Shown here piece after piece: positions 46,401 to 61,600 of a stretch of 64,000 nucleotides of DNA. How positions within the stretch are numbered: the stretch's first letter is position 1; every line of letters begins with the position of its first letter. The notes beneath the pieces were generated by a model. It was not told the DNA's origin and ran no database searches. It saw nothing but the letters and a program-made list of their open reading frames with translations. This DNA comes from Macrostomum lignano (taxonomy: Eukaryota): NCBI GenBank assembly GCA_002269645.1, contig NIVC01001733.1, positions 180,345-244,344 on the forward strand, given 5' to 3'. A program made the translations under genes and the position numbers.

Positions 46401-46690
46401 TACCTACTGCCATTCACTGTGCCACTATCTACTGCCATTCCATGTGCCATTACCTACTGCCATCCCCAAAACCACGCCCCTGTCTTACCCGCCATGCTCT
46501 CCCCGTTGATCACGAAGCCGAGCATGGTGGCCTTGTACATGATGCAGTCGATGTTGGACACGTCCTTGGAAATTTCCTTGGTGCGCACTTTGCGCCTGAG
46601 GCTCTGCGACAGCACGGTGAAAATTGTCAGCGTGGCGCCGCTCAGCATAACAAGGATGTAGCAGCTTGCTGCGATAAATCTTGTGGTCAT
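43432..46690 (-). CDS. Tetraspanin-like four-TM protein with a short extracellular loop
   Basis: Exons 46690-46489, 44584-44438 and 43625-43432 (both junctions phase 1). Four hydrophobic helices; TM2 ends in a [10 protein letters not shown] motif; no CCG. Confidence 0.65.
43650..44415 (+). repeat. 11-bp minisatellite (gtccagtttct), intronic
   Basis: Direct reading. Confidence 0.94.
44630..46465 (+). repeat. 12-bp satellite (gccattccctgt) with 37-bp higher-order units, intronic
   Basis: Direct reading; source of the 700-aa spurious ORFs. Confidence 0.96.
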
Positions 46691-46869
46691 TGCGCCGGAT
46701 TAGCGACCGGGATTAGCGGGTCTACTGATACTACAGCTTCGAAAATTTTATTGTAGCTTTGGATTTCTTGCTAACTAGAGATCCTGCTGTCTATGGCAGA
46801 TAGGTTTCATGAGAAGTGAAGGTTACCAATGGTTACAAATCCTTGTAAGCTTATGTTTCCGGCGTCTAT

Positions 46870-47086
46870 TAATTAATCAATCGATCAGTCAATCAGTCGA
46901 TCAGTCAATCAATCAATCAATCACTCAATCAACCAATCAATCACTCAATCAATCAGTCAATCACTCAATCAACCAATCAATCACTCAATCAATCAATCAA
47001 TCCATCAATCAATCAATCACTCAATCAATCAATCAATCGATCAATCAATCCATCAATAATCAATCCACCAACCAACCAATCAATCA

Positions 47087-47125
<39 letters not shown>

Positions 47126-47218
47126 CATCAATAATCAATCAATCAATCAATCGATCAATCAATCCATCAATAATCAATCCACCAACCAACCAATCAATCA
47201 AACAATCAATCAATCAAT

Positions 47219-47251
<33 letters not shown>

Positions 47252-47287
47252 CATCAATAATCAATCCACCAACCAACCAATCAATCA

Positions 47288-47322
<35 letters not shown>

Positions 47323-47358
47323 CATCAATAATCAATCCACCAACCAACCAATCAATCA

Positions 47359-47393
<35 letters not shown>

Positions 47394-47400
47394 CATCAAT

Positions 47401-47433
<33 letters not shown>

Positions 47434-47512
47434 GTCAGTCAGTCAGTCAATCAATCGATTAATCAATCAATCAATCAATGATTCAACCAATCAATCAATC
47501 AATCAATTAACC
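46870..47512 (+). repeat. (TCAA)n microsatellite
   Basis: Direct reading. Confidence 0.95.
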
Positions 47513-47926
47513 AAAGATCTATCTTAAATAAACAAAAATGCCAACACGTAAATCCATTAGTCTACCCGTGAGAGCTTATTCTGAGCAGCCAGCTGCCCTG
47601 ATCCCCTGCTGCTCAGCCCTTTGAAAGGCGAATCCCGGAGCGCCTCAGCCAGGCTTGAAGGAGCTTCCAACAAGGCAGGCAGCTGGGAGGCATCCAGGTA
47701 TTCTGCCCAGCAATGGGATTATGACGGGCTTGGCCAGGTGAAGCTGGCGATCGAAATTCCGCATGAGCGCCATCTCGCATTTCCGCTCTGCTCCGGGTCC
47801 CCAAGGGAATTTCAATCGCGGAGGGAAAACTTCAAAATAAAGAAGAAAAATCGACAAAGAAATTTATTTTACCATCAAAGCAGCCGCATTCGGAGGTGAA
47901 AAATCAAAGAAATCGAAAAAATAAAC

Positions 47927-50009
<2,083 letters not shown>

Positions 50010-50737
50010 GGCGAAGGCCAGAGGCGACTCGGGCTTGAAGGAGGTCACTTTCTGAAGGCATGAGCAGTGATGGACGATGGACGAACGATAAACGACTGCT
50101 GCTATGGCCGGACATTTCCCAAGCATGTCCTGCTGTGGGTGTCCCTTTATGGGTGTTTTGAGATTCTGTGGGTGTTTTGGGGTTTTGTGGGTATTTTGTG
50201 ATTTCTTGTGTTGTGCTCGGGTTTTAAAGCTGTTTTTTTTGTCACAAGAAGTCTCAGTCCAATCAGTCATGGGAAGATTGTGAGATTTATTATCACTAAA
50301 TGCGTCTCGCACTTTTAGCACAGTCTAACACTTTATCTCGTGACTTTATTCTCGAAAACAATGGTAACCGGGCAGCTCTGTTATTAAGTTTGTTACATGT
50401 AAAAATATTTCACAAAAATTGTTCTGCTTGATCGACCATACCTAAACTCAATGTAATTTTTATTCGACTGGAGTTTATCATGTCTGTTTCCTTAATCAGA
50501 CAAGAAAACACTTTTCAAGCTTTTCCAACGCTTTATAATAAAACAAACAGTATCCAATATTTATTTCCGGTGCAATGTCCTCACGCAGTCGTTATTTTCG
50601 GTTTGGGCGGAATTTTAAACAGCAAAAATTCTAAGAATCAGTTTAAATCTTCACTCTTTTCAGCGAGGCCTTGTGGATAATTTGCTAAAAAATCTGCGAA
50701 AAAAAAATTGCAAAATAATCAACAGAATCGTCTGAGA

Positions 50738-52742
50738 ATGTCGCGAGACAGACTGCCGGACCTGAGGCGGGCGATGGCTTTGGGGGAGGATGCTGCTCAG
50801 GTGAGAACTGCATCTGATTGACCAGTGCGACTGCTCGACAGTGGGACTGTCTGACAATGGGACTGTCTGACAATGGGACTGTCTGACAATGGAACTGTCT
50901 GATAGTGGGACTGTCTGACAATGGGACTGTCTGACAATGGGACTATCTGACAATGGGACTGTCTGATAGTGGGACTGTCTGACTATGGGACTATCTGACA
51001 ATTCTGACAATGAGACTATCTGACAATGGGACTATCTGACAATGGGACTATCTGACAATGGGACTGTCTGACAATGGGACTATCTGACAATGGGACTATC
51101 TGACAATAGGACTATCTGACAATGGGACTGTCTGACAATGGGACTATATGACAATGGGACTATCTGACAATGGGACTATCTGACAATGGGACTATCTGAC
51201 AATGGGACTATCTGACAATGGGACTATCTGACAATGGGACTATCTGACAATGGGACTATCTGACAATGGGACTATCTGACAATGGGACTATCTGACAATG
51301 GGACTATCTGACAATGGGACTGTCTGACAATGGGACTGTCTGACAGTGGGACTGTCTGACAATGGGACTATCTGACAATGGGACTGTCTGACAATGGGAC
51401 TGTCTGACAGTGGGACTGTCTGACAATGGGACTCTGCGCCTCGCAAATTCGCGCTAAGATCGTGCCAGACGAAGAAGAGCTCGGCGACGAGAACTTTTCG
51501 ATGGAACCGGACGATCAGCCGGGCAGGCGCGGAGACCCCGAGCGTTGGCAGCGGCCGCGCAACTCCGAAGGCTTCATGGACGATTTTTTCGCTGACGTCG
51601 ACGCTGTCCGTCGCCTGATTAACGAAATCGAAGCTAGCGTCTGCAGCGTCAGGATGAAGCACTCGCACATCCTGGCCTCGCCAAACAACGACCAGAGTGA
51701 GTTTCTGCGGAGTGAAATCACTCTCTAGACTCTTGACTGATCGGAGTGAACTCACTCTGGCACACCATGACTGATCTCAGTGAACTCACCCACCCTTGAG
51801 CAGGCAGTTTCTGCTTCAAATCTTCATTATTCAGGACCCAAATCCATTTGTTGCAGAAACAAAGGAAGAACTTGAAGTCCTGATGCAGAACATCAAGACC
51901 AACGCTAACAAAGTGCGAATGAAGCTCAAAGGTTCGTGGCTACTGTTTATTGGGATCATTATCCCCTCAGAGCTCATTGGGATCATTATCCCCCCGCCAC
52001 TCATTAGGATCATTATCCCCCCACCAGATTTCATTGGGATCATTAACCCCCACCAGAGATCATTGGGATCATTAAACCCCACCAGAGATCATTGGGATCA
52101 TTATCCCCCACCAGAGATCATTGGGATCATTATCCCCCACCAGATTTCATTGGTGATCATTAACCCCCCGGAGTTCATTGGGATCATTATCCCCCCAGAG
52201 TTCATTGGGATCATTATCCCCCCAGAGTTCATTGGGATCATTATCCCCCACCAGAGATCATTGGGATCATTATCCCCCACCAGATTTCATTGGTGATCAT
52301 TAACCCCCCGGAGTTCATTGGGATCATTATCACATTCATTAACAGCTGACAGTCAGGTCACATAGCAACCGACTCCCATCGAATCTCCAGCCGTTGAGCA
52401 GGGTCTTGAGCAGAGTGAGCTGTCCGACGGTGGATCCACAGCCGACGTGCGAATCCGCAAAACCCAGGTAAATTTCTGCTTTTACTGTTGCAGATTCTGA
52501 CAGAAAAACAGGAAAGAAATTAATCGGCTTTCCCGCTCAGTCCAACACAAGAGCCTCTTAAAAATTTTTGCATAAATTATTTTGCTAAAATCTCCGAAAT
52601 ACCAGAAAGTTTTAAAGCATTATTGCTTTGCAGCACTCGACAATCACGCGAAAGTTCATAGAGACAATGAGCGAGTACAACAGGGCCCAGTTGGAGTACC
52701 GCAGCGGCTGCAAGGCTCGGATTAGACGCCAGATGGAGATCA
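50738..52742 (+). CDS. STX1: Syntaxin-1 family (Qa-SNARE), 5' exons; the SNARE/TM exons were not found in the window
   Basis: Exons: 50738-50800 (MSRDRLPDL); 51459-51696 ([18 protein letters not shown]); 51857-51931 ([25 protein letters not shown]); 52391-52467 (ADVRIRKTQ); 52634-52742 ([36 protein letters not shown]). All phases are compatible. Confidence 0.93.
50830..51432 (+). repeat. 16-bp minisatellite (gggactatctgacaat), syntaxin intron 1
   Basis: Direct reading. Confidence 0.94.
51948..52332 (+). repeat. ~27-bp minisatellite (cattgggatcattatccccccagagtt), intronic
   Basis: Direct reading. Confidence 0.9.
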
Positions 52743-52884
52743 GTAATCCGAGGCTTAGTTCGATTTGGCTAGACTCCTGTGCTGACTGGTGGCGCTGGTG
52801 AAGGCAAAATATTTTACCAGATATTAGTTGCACGCTGGGCCCCTATTGGTGCGATCGTTTGGCGGTTAATTTTAATGAATTCTT

Positions 52885-53740
52885 CTCTCTCTGTGCACAC
52901 TTGATTGGACTCAGTGGCTGCCGGTTCTTATCTCTCTGTACACACTTGATTGGACTCAGTGGCTGCCGGTTCTTATCTCTCTGTACACACTTGATTGGAC
53001 TCAGTGGCTGCCGGTTCTTATCTCTCTGTACACACTTGATTGGACTCAGTGGCTGCCGGTTCTTATCTCTCTGTACACACTTGATTGGACTCAGTGGCTG
53101 CCGGTTCTTATCTCTCTGTACACACTTGATTGAACTCTATGGCTGCCGGTTCTTATCTCTCTGTACACACTTGATTGAACTCTATGGCTGCCGGTTCTTA
53201 TCTCTCTGTACACACTTGATTGAACTCTATGGCTGCCGGTTCTTATCTCTCTGTACACACTTGATTGAACTCTATGGCTGCCGGTTCTTATCTCTCTGTA
53301 CACACTTGATTGGACTCTATGGCTGCCGGTTCTTATCTCTCTGTACACACTTGATTGGACTCAGTGGCTGCCGGTTCTTATCTCTCTGTACACACTTGAT
53401 TGAACTCTATGGCTGCCGGTTCTTATCTCTCTGTGCACACTTGCACACTTGCACACTTGAACTCTATGGCTGCCGGTTCTTATCTCTCTGTACACACTTG
53501 ATTGGACTCAGTGGCTGCCGGTTCTTATCTCTCTGTACACACTTGATTGAACTCTATGGCTGCCGGTTCTTATCTCTCTGTGCACACTTGCACACTTGCA
53601 CACTTGAACTCTATGGCTGCCGGTTCTTATCTCTCTGTACACACTTGATTGGACTCTATGGCTGCCGGTTCTTATCTCTCTGTACACACTTGATTGGACT
53701 CTATGGCTGCCGGTTCTTATCTCTCTGTACACACTTGATC
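52885..53740 (+). repeat. 45-bp minisatellite (ctctctgtacacacttgattggactcagtggctgccggttcttat)
   Basis: Direct reading; explains the 15-aa periodic ORF at 52859-53902. Confidence 0.94.
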
Positions 53741-54254
53741 TCGCGTATCCCGCGTACCTCCCATATTTTACTCCGAAACACAATATTATTTAGAAAAGTG
53801 TCTATTGATAAAAATAATTTTAGTAGCCTTGTGTTCACCCGAATCTCAGTCTGGCTCAATAACAGGTATAAAAACTGGCTTCTGTTTTTGGGGGAGTGCT
53901 AGATGTCTTGGGGATCCCACTGGGGCGCTGAGCTGCAGAAGAGCGTCATAAAAAGCTTGCAGCAGGCACCAGGCTGAACTGAATGCCTGCGTGCCAAACT
54001 GCTGAAGCCTCAATTTGATTGACTGCACTATTCGATGTGGCCGCTTGTTGAGTGACGCCCCACTTCGCTTCCAGTGACTTGTCGTTGCATTATTAATTTG
54101 CACGTCAGCCGATTGCAGAAAAATCCAATCAAAAGTGTCAGTTGAAAGTGAAATTTTAAATCATTTTCAGCAGCTGCTCAGATATCTTAGAGACCTAACT
54201 CGTTCCCCACCTCTCTCTCAGACCTCTCTCCAGGTCTCCCTCCCTCCGATTTCT

Positions 54255-54672
54255 GCGTCAGATCTCTCTGCATCAGATCTCTCATAAGATCTCTCATCAG
54301 ATCTCTCATCAGATCTCTCATCAGATCTCTCATCAAATCTCTCATCAGATCTCTCATGAGATCTCTCATCAGATCTCTCATCAAATCTCTCATCAGATCT
54401 CTCATCAGATCTCTCATCAGATCTCTCATCAGATCTCTCATCAAATCTCTCATCAGATCTCTCATGAGATCTCTCTCATCAAATCTCTCATCAGATCTCT
54501 CATCAGATCTCTCATCAGATCTCTCATCAGATCTCTCATCAGATCTCTCATGAGATCTCTCTCATCAAATCTCTCATCAAATCTCTCATCAGATCTCTCA
54601 TCAGATCTCTCATCAGATCTCTCATCAGATCTCTCATCAGATCTCTCATGAGATCTTTCATCAGCTCTCTCA
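54255..54672 (+). repeat. 12-bp repeat (tcagatctctca)
   Basis: Direct reading. Confidence 0.93.
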
Positions 54673-54763
54673 GATCCTCGCAGAGGATACCTACTGACAT
54701 GCAGAGCTTCTCTAGTGAAGCCGTCAGTCAGAGCAGCGCGGCCCGCACCCACCGCAATTCCAG

Positions 54764-54872
54764 CACCTGACGCTTTCCCGCAAATTTGTGGACGCCATCA
54801 GCCGCTACAACGCCTGCCAGATCGCCTTCAGGCAGGGCTGCAAGGCGAAGATTTCTCGCCATTTAGCGCTCA
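54764..54872 (+). CDS. STX1: Duplicated alternative syntaxin exon (B), homologous to 52634-52742
   Basis: ttccag/CAC..CTC A/gtaag; HLTLSRKFVDAISRYNACQIAFRQGCKAKISRHLAL; 109 nt with the same phases (0 to 1) as exon A. Confidence 0.85.
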
Positions 54873-55215
54873 GTAAGAAAGCTGCTCTGCGAGCTCGTGG
54901 CTTTGAGCTTGAGAAGCATTCAGGCTTGTGCCCGCTCGAATCTTGATTGTTTGTTGCATTGCACGGTGCTTTGTTATTTTTATGCCTTGTTGTGGCTTTG
55001 GGGCAGCACATTCTGTTGTTAACAGGCGCCCGCCCAGCCATTTGTCAACAATACTGAGTGCTCGCGAACTACAGAGCTTGAAAAAAATTTGAGAATTGAC
55101 TTCTGCTGCTAGAAGAAATCTTTATGGCTATTTCCGCTGCTTGAGGACCGTTCTTCTGGTATAAAAGAAAATGTTTCCGCTCGTCTGTCTTTTTTTCTGC
55201 TTCGAACTTGCTATA

Positions 55216-58200
55216 TCCTATATACTAAAAATGAGTTGTCTGTGGGTATGCGATAGATTTCAGAAAAAATGGCTCAACCGATTTTCTTCAAACTTGCACC
55301 ATTCGATCAGAAATTCTCCTGGGACGGTACATGCATCTTGGCTAAGAAATTGCTATATATTAAAGGGATTAAATATTCGAAAAACATGCTTTTTTGCAAA
55401 GGTCAAGCAAAATTTTCGACTTGAAATGCATTGTAAGAATGCTAGAGAAAAAACTGACTGGCTGAATTTCAATTCTGATAAAGATTGCATCACAACAAGT
55501 AGAAAACAGTGCCGAAGAAATGCACACACGACTTGATTTAAATTGCGTAACCAATATTGCTAACTTGAATTGAAACTGATACTGGCTGACTGAGAAATTG
55601 ATTTTGTCATAACTTTTTACTCTAATTGACTTGCTGTAAGAATTGAATTATAAGGGCCACAATTGATGTACTCCAATTGAAAAGAGATAGCCCAGATGCG
55701 AACAGACTGGAATGCTAATGTAGCGACCTGGGTTCGAATCTTAGTAGTGCAAAATAATTTTTTTATTAAAACACCTTGAAAACATGAAACTGCTAAACAT
55801 AAAAGAAGCACAATGTCAAACATATCAGTGGCACCATGTCGAACATTAAAGAGCCACCATGCCAAACATAAACGAGCCACCATGTCAAGCATTAAAAAGC
55901 CACCATGTCAAACATATTTGTGACTCCATGTAAAACATATATACGTGACTCCATGTCAAACATAAAAGAGCCACCATGTCAAACGTAAAAGAACCGACAT
56001 GTTGAACATTAAAGAGCCACCATGTCAAACGTAAAAGAACCACCATGTCGAACTTTAAAGAGCCACCATGTCAAACGTAAAAGAACCGACATGTCGAACA
56101 TTAAAGAGCCACCATGTCAAACATTAAAGAGCCACCATGTCAAAAATTAAAGAGCCACTTTGTCATACTTAAAAGAGCCACCATGTCAAACATTAAAGAG
56201 CTACCATGTCAAACATAAAAAAGCCACCATGTCAAACTTTAAAGAGCCACCACGTCGAACGTGAAAAAGCCACCATGTCAAGCATAAAAGAGCCACCATG
56301 TCTAACAATAAAGAACCACTTTTTCGAACATTAAACAGCCACCATGTCAAATGTAAAAGAACCGACATGTCGAACATTAAAGAGCCACGATGTCAAACAT
56401 TAAAGAGCCACCATGTCAAAAATTAAAGAGCCACTTTGTCATACTTAAAAGAGCCACCATGTCGAACATTAAAGAGCTACCATGTCAAACATAAAAAAGC
56501 CACCATGTCAAACTTTAAAGAGCCACCACTTCGAACGTGAAAAAGCCACCATGTCAAACATAAAAGAGCCACCATGTCTAACAATAAAGAACCACCATGT
56601 CGAACATTAAAGAGCTACCATGTCAAGCATAAAAGAGCCGACATGTCGAAAATTAAAGAGCTACCATGTCAAACATTAACGAGCCACCATGTCAAACATT
56701 AAAGAGCCACTTTGTCGAAAATTAAAGAGCTACCATGTCAAACATAAAAGAGCCAACATGTCGAAAATTAAAGAGCCACCATGTCAAACGTAAAAGAACC
56801 ACCATGTCGAACATTTAAGAGCTACAATGTCAAACATTTAAGAGCCACCATGTCAAACGTAAAAGAACCACCATGTCGAACATTTAAGAGCTACAATGTC
56901 AAACATTAAAGAGCCACCATGTCAAACATTAAAGAGCCACCATGTCAAACATAAAGGAGCCACTTTTTCGAACATTAAAGAGCCACCACGTTGAACATTA
57001 AAGAGCCACCATGTCGAACATTAAAGAACCACCATGTCAAACATTAAAGAGCCACCATGTCAAATAATAAAGAGCCACCATGTCAAACATTTAAGAGCCA
57101 CCATGAAAAAAATTTAAAGAGCCACCATGTCTAACATTAAAGAGCCACCATGTCCAACATGCAACATTAAAGAGCCACCATGTCCAACATATATGTGACT
57201 CCATGTCGAACATTAAAGAGCCACCATGTCGAACGTTAAAGAGCCACCATGTCGAACATAAAAGAGCCACCATGTAAAACATTAAAGAGCCACCATGTCT
57301 AACATTAAAGAGCCACCATGTCGAACGTTAAAGAGCCACCATGTCAAACATTAACGAGTCACCATGTCAAGCGTATACGTGACTCCATGTCAAACATTAA
57401 AGAGCCATCATTTCAGACATTAAAGTGTCACCATGTCGAACATTAAAAAGCCACCATGTCCAACATTAAAGAGCCACCATGTCTAACATATATGTGACTC
57501 CAAGTCGAACATTAAAGAGCCACCATGTCCAACATGCAACATTAAAGAGCCACCATGTCCAACATATATGTGACTCCATGTCGAACATTAAAGAGCCACC
57601 ATGTCGAACGTTAAAGAGCCACCATGTCGAACATAAAGAGCCACCATGTAAAACATTAAAGAGCCACCATGTCTAACATTAAAGAGCCACCATGTCGAAC
57701 GTTAAAGAGCCACCATGTCAAACATTAACGAGTCACCATGTCAAGCGTATACGTGACTCCATGTCAAACATTAAAGAGCCATCATTTCAGACATTAAAGT
57801 GTCACCATGTTGAACGTTAAAGAGCCACCATGTCGAACATTAAAGAGCCACCATGTAAAGCATATATGTGACTCCATGCCAAATATATACATGACTCCAT
57901 GTCTAACACATACATGACTCCATGTCAAACATTAAAGAGCCACCCTGTCGAACGTTAAAGAGCCACAATGTAGAACATTAAAGAGCCACCATGTCGAACG
58001 TTAAAGAGCCACCATGTCGAACATTAAAGAGCCACTTTGTCAAACATAGAAGAGCCACCATGTCAAACATAGAAGAGCCACCATGTCAGACATTGGAAGC
58101 CACCGTATCAAACATAAAAGAGTTACCATGTTGAACAAAAAAGAGCCACAATGTAGAACATAAAAGAGCCACCCTGTTAAACATAAAATATACACAATTT

Positions 58201-58669
58201 CAAATGTAAAAGTAAGTGAATTTTAAAGGAGCCGCTATAATGCTAAAGAAATTGTCGCACTAGCTACTTATTGTCTGGTGGATGCTTGCTATTTGGGGAT
58301 GCTATCTATCTTGGGATGCTTGCTATCTGGGGGATGCTTGCTATCTGGGGATGCTTGCTATCTGGGGGATGCTTGCTATCTGGGGGATGCTTGCTATCTG
58401 GGGGATGCTTGCTATCTGGGGATGCTTGCTATCTGGGGGATGCTTGCTATCTGGGGATGCTTGCTATCTGGGGGATGCTTGCTATCTGGGGGATGCTTAC
58501 TATCTGGGGGATGCTTGCTGTCTTGCGATGATTTCTTTTTGCATTGCACTTCATTTGAGTATTTTGTCTGTTTTCTTTGTGAAGGCTTTATTTCGCTATT
58601 TTTTGTTACTTACTTGTAGAGAACAGAGACTCTATATAGATGTCCCCCAACGGGGGCAAAGATTGCTAG
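55216..58669 (+). mobile_element. Non-autonomous Helitron-like unit 1 with internal ~23-bp satellite
   Basis: 5' A/TCCTATATACTAAAAATGAG..; 3' hairpin ccccc-aac-ggggg then CTAG/T; internal array of aaagagccaccatgtcgaacatt (~55800-58190) and a 17-bp array (58270-58520). Confidence 0.75.
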
Positions 58670-61600
58670 TCCTATATACTAAAAATGAGTTGTCTGTATG
58701 TATGTATGTATATGGGTATGCGATTGATTTCAGAAAAAACGGCTCAACCGATTTTCTTCAAACTTGCATCATTCGATCAGAAATTTTCCTGGCACAGTAC
58801 ATGCATCTTGGCTAAGAAATTGCTCAATGTTAAAGGGATTAAATATTCGAAAAACACGCTTTTTTGCAAAGGTCAAGCAAAATTTTCGACTTGAAATGCA
58901 TTGTAAGAATGCTAGAGAAAAAACTGACTGACTGAATTTCAATTCTGATAAAGATTGCATCACAACAAGTTGAAAACAGTGCCGAAGAAATGCACACACG
59001 ACTTGATTGAAATTGCGTAACCATATTGCTAACTCGAAGTGAGACTGATACTGGCTGACTGAGAAATTGATTATGTCATAACTTTTTACTCCAATTGACT
59101 TGCTGTAAGAATTGAATTATAAGGGCCACAATTCATGTTCTCCAATTGAAAAGAGATAGCCCTGATGCGAACAGACTGGAATGCTAATGTAGCGACCTGG
59201 GTTCGAGTCTTAGAAGCGCAAAATAATTTTTTTATTAAAACACCTTAAAAACTAAAAACTGCTAAACATAAAAAAGCGCAATAGAAGAGCCACCATGTCA
59301 AACCTAAAGGAGCCACCATGTCGAACATTAAAGAACCACCATGTCGAACATAAAAGAGCCACCATATCGAACATAAAAGAGTTACCATGTTAAAAATTAA
59401 AGAGCCACCATGTCGAACATAGAAGAGCCACCATGTCGAACATAGAAGAGCCACCATGTCAAACATTAAAGAGCCACCATATCAAACATAAAAGAGTTAC
59501 CATGTCAAACATTAAAGAGCCACATTGTCAAGCATTAAAGACCCACCATTTCAAACCTAAAATAGTTACCATGTCAAACATTCAATAGCCACCATGTCAA
59601 ACATTAAAGAGCCACCATGTCGAACATAAAAGAGCCACCATATTAAACATAAAAGAGTTACCATGTCAAACATTAAAGAGCCACCATGTCGAACATTAAA
59701 GAGCCACCATGTCAAACATTAAAGAGCCACATTGTCAAGCATTAAAGACCCACCATTTCAAACCTAAAAGAGCCACCATGTCAAACATTAAAGAGCCACC
59801 ATGTCGAACATTAAAGAGCCACCTTGTCAAATATTAAAGAGCCACCATTTCAAACCTAAAGAAGCCACCATGTCGAACATACAAGAGCCACCATGTCGAA
59901 CATAGAAAAGCCACCATGTCAAACATTAAAGTCACCATGTCAAACATTAAAGAGCCACCGTTTCAAACCTAAAAGAGCCACCATGTTAAAAATTAAAGAG
60001 CCACCATGTCAAACATAAAACAGACACCATTAAGAACATTAAAGAGCCACCATGTCAAATATTAAAACAGCCACCATTTCGAAAATTAAGGAGCCACCAT
60101 TTCAAAAATTTAAGAGCCGCTATGTTAAACATTAAAGGGCCACCTTGTCAAATATTAAAGAGCCACCATTTCAAACTAAAAGAGCGACCCTGTCGAACAT
60201 ACAAGAGCCACCATGTCGAACATAAAAGAGCCACCATGTCGAACATACAAGAGCCACCATGTCGAACATAGAAAAGCCACCATGTCGAACATAGAAAAGC
60301 CACCATGTTAAACATTAAAGAGCCAATATTTCAAACCTAAAGGAGCCACCATGTCGAACATAAAAGAGTCACCATGTTAAAAATTAAAGAGCCACCATGT
60401 CGAACATTAAAGAGCCACCATTTCAAACATTAAAGAGCCACCATGTCAAACATTAAAGAGCCACCGGTTCAAACCTAAAAGAGCCACCATGTCGAACATT
60501 AAAGAGCCACCATGTCAAACATAAAACAGACACCATGTCAAACATTAAAGAGCCACCATGTCAAACATTAAAGAGCCACCATGTCAAACCTAAAAGAGCC
60601 ACCATGTCGAACATTAAAAAGCCACCATGTCAAACATTAAAGAGCCACATTGTCAAACATTAAAAAGCCACCATTTCAAACCTAAAAGAGCCACCATGTC
60701 AAACATTAAAGAGCCACCATGTCAAACATTAAAGAGCCACCTTGTCAAATATTAAAGAGCCATTTCAAACTAAAGAAGCCACCATGTCGAACATACAAGA
60801 GCCACCATGTCGAACATTAAAGAGCCACCATATCAAACATAAAAGAGTTACCATGTCAAACATTAAAGAGCCACCATGTCAAACATTAAAGAGCCACCAT
60901 GTCGAACATAAAAGAGCCACCATATCAAACATAAAGAGTTACCATGTCAAACATTAAAGAGCCACCATGTCGAACATTAAAGAGCCACCATGTCAAACAT
61001 TAAAGAGCCACCTTGTCAAATATTAAAGAGCCACCATGTCGAACATAAAAGAGCCACCATATCAAACATAAAAGAGTTACCATGTCAAACATTAAAGAGC
61101 CACATTGTCAAGCATTAAAGACCCACCATTTCAAACCTAAAATAGTTACCATGTCAAACATTCAATAGCCACCATGTCAAACATTAAAGAGCCACCATGT
61201 CGAACATAAAAGAGCCACCATATTAAACATAAAAGAGTTACCATGTCAAACATTAAAGAGCCACCATGTCGAACATTAAAGAGCCACCATGTCAAACATT
61301 AAAGAGCCACATTGTCAAGCATTAAAGACCACCATTTCAAACCTAAAGAGCCACCATGTCAAACATTAAAGAGCCACCATGTCGAACATTAAAGAGCCAC
61401 CTTGTCAAATATTAAAGAGCCACCATTTCAAACCTAAAGAAGCCACCATGTCAAACCTAAAAGAGCCACCATGTCAAAATTAAAGAGCCACCATGTCAAA
61501 CATTAAAGAGTCACCATGTAAAACATTAAAGAGCCACCATGTCAAATATAAAACAGCCACCATTTCGAAAATTAAAGAGCCACCATGTCAAAATAAGAGC

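Noticed and set aside
44541-46756. Three 630-720 aa ORFs (CAIP/CHSL/PVPF repeats)
   Set aside because: These are translations of a stop-free 12-bp satellite lying in an intron on the opposite strand
52859-53902. 347-aa Cys-rich periodic ORF
   Set aside because: In-frame read-through of a 45-bp intronic minisatellite
55026-55057. Candidate next syntaxin exon after ttaacag
   Set aside because: Reads SARPAICQQY*, with no similarity to the expected linker or SNARE region
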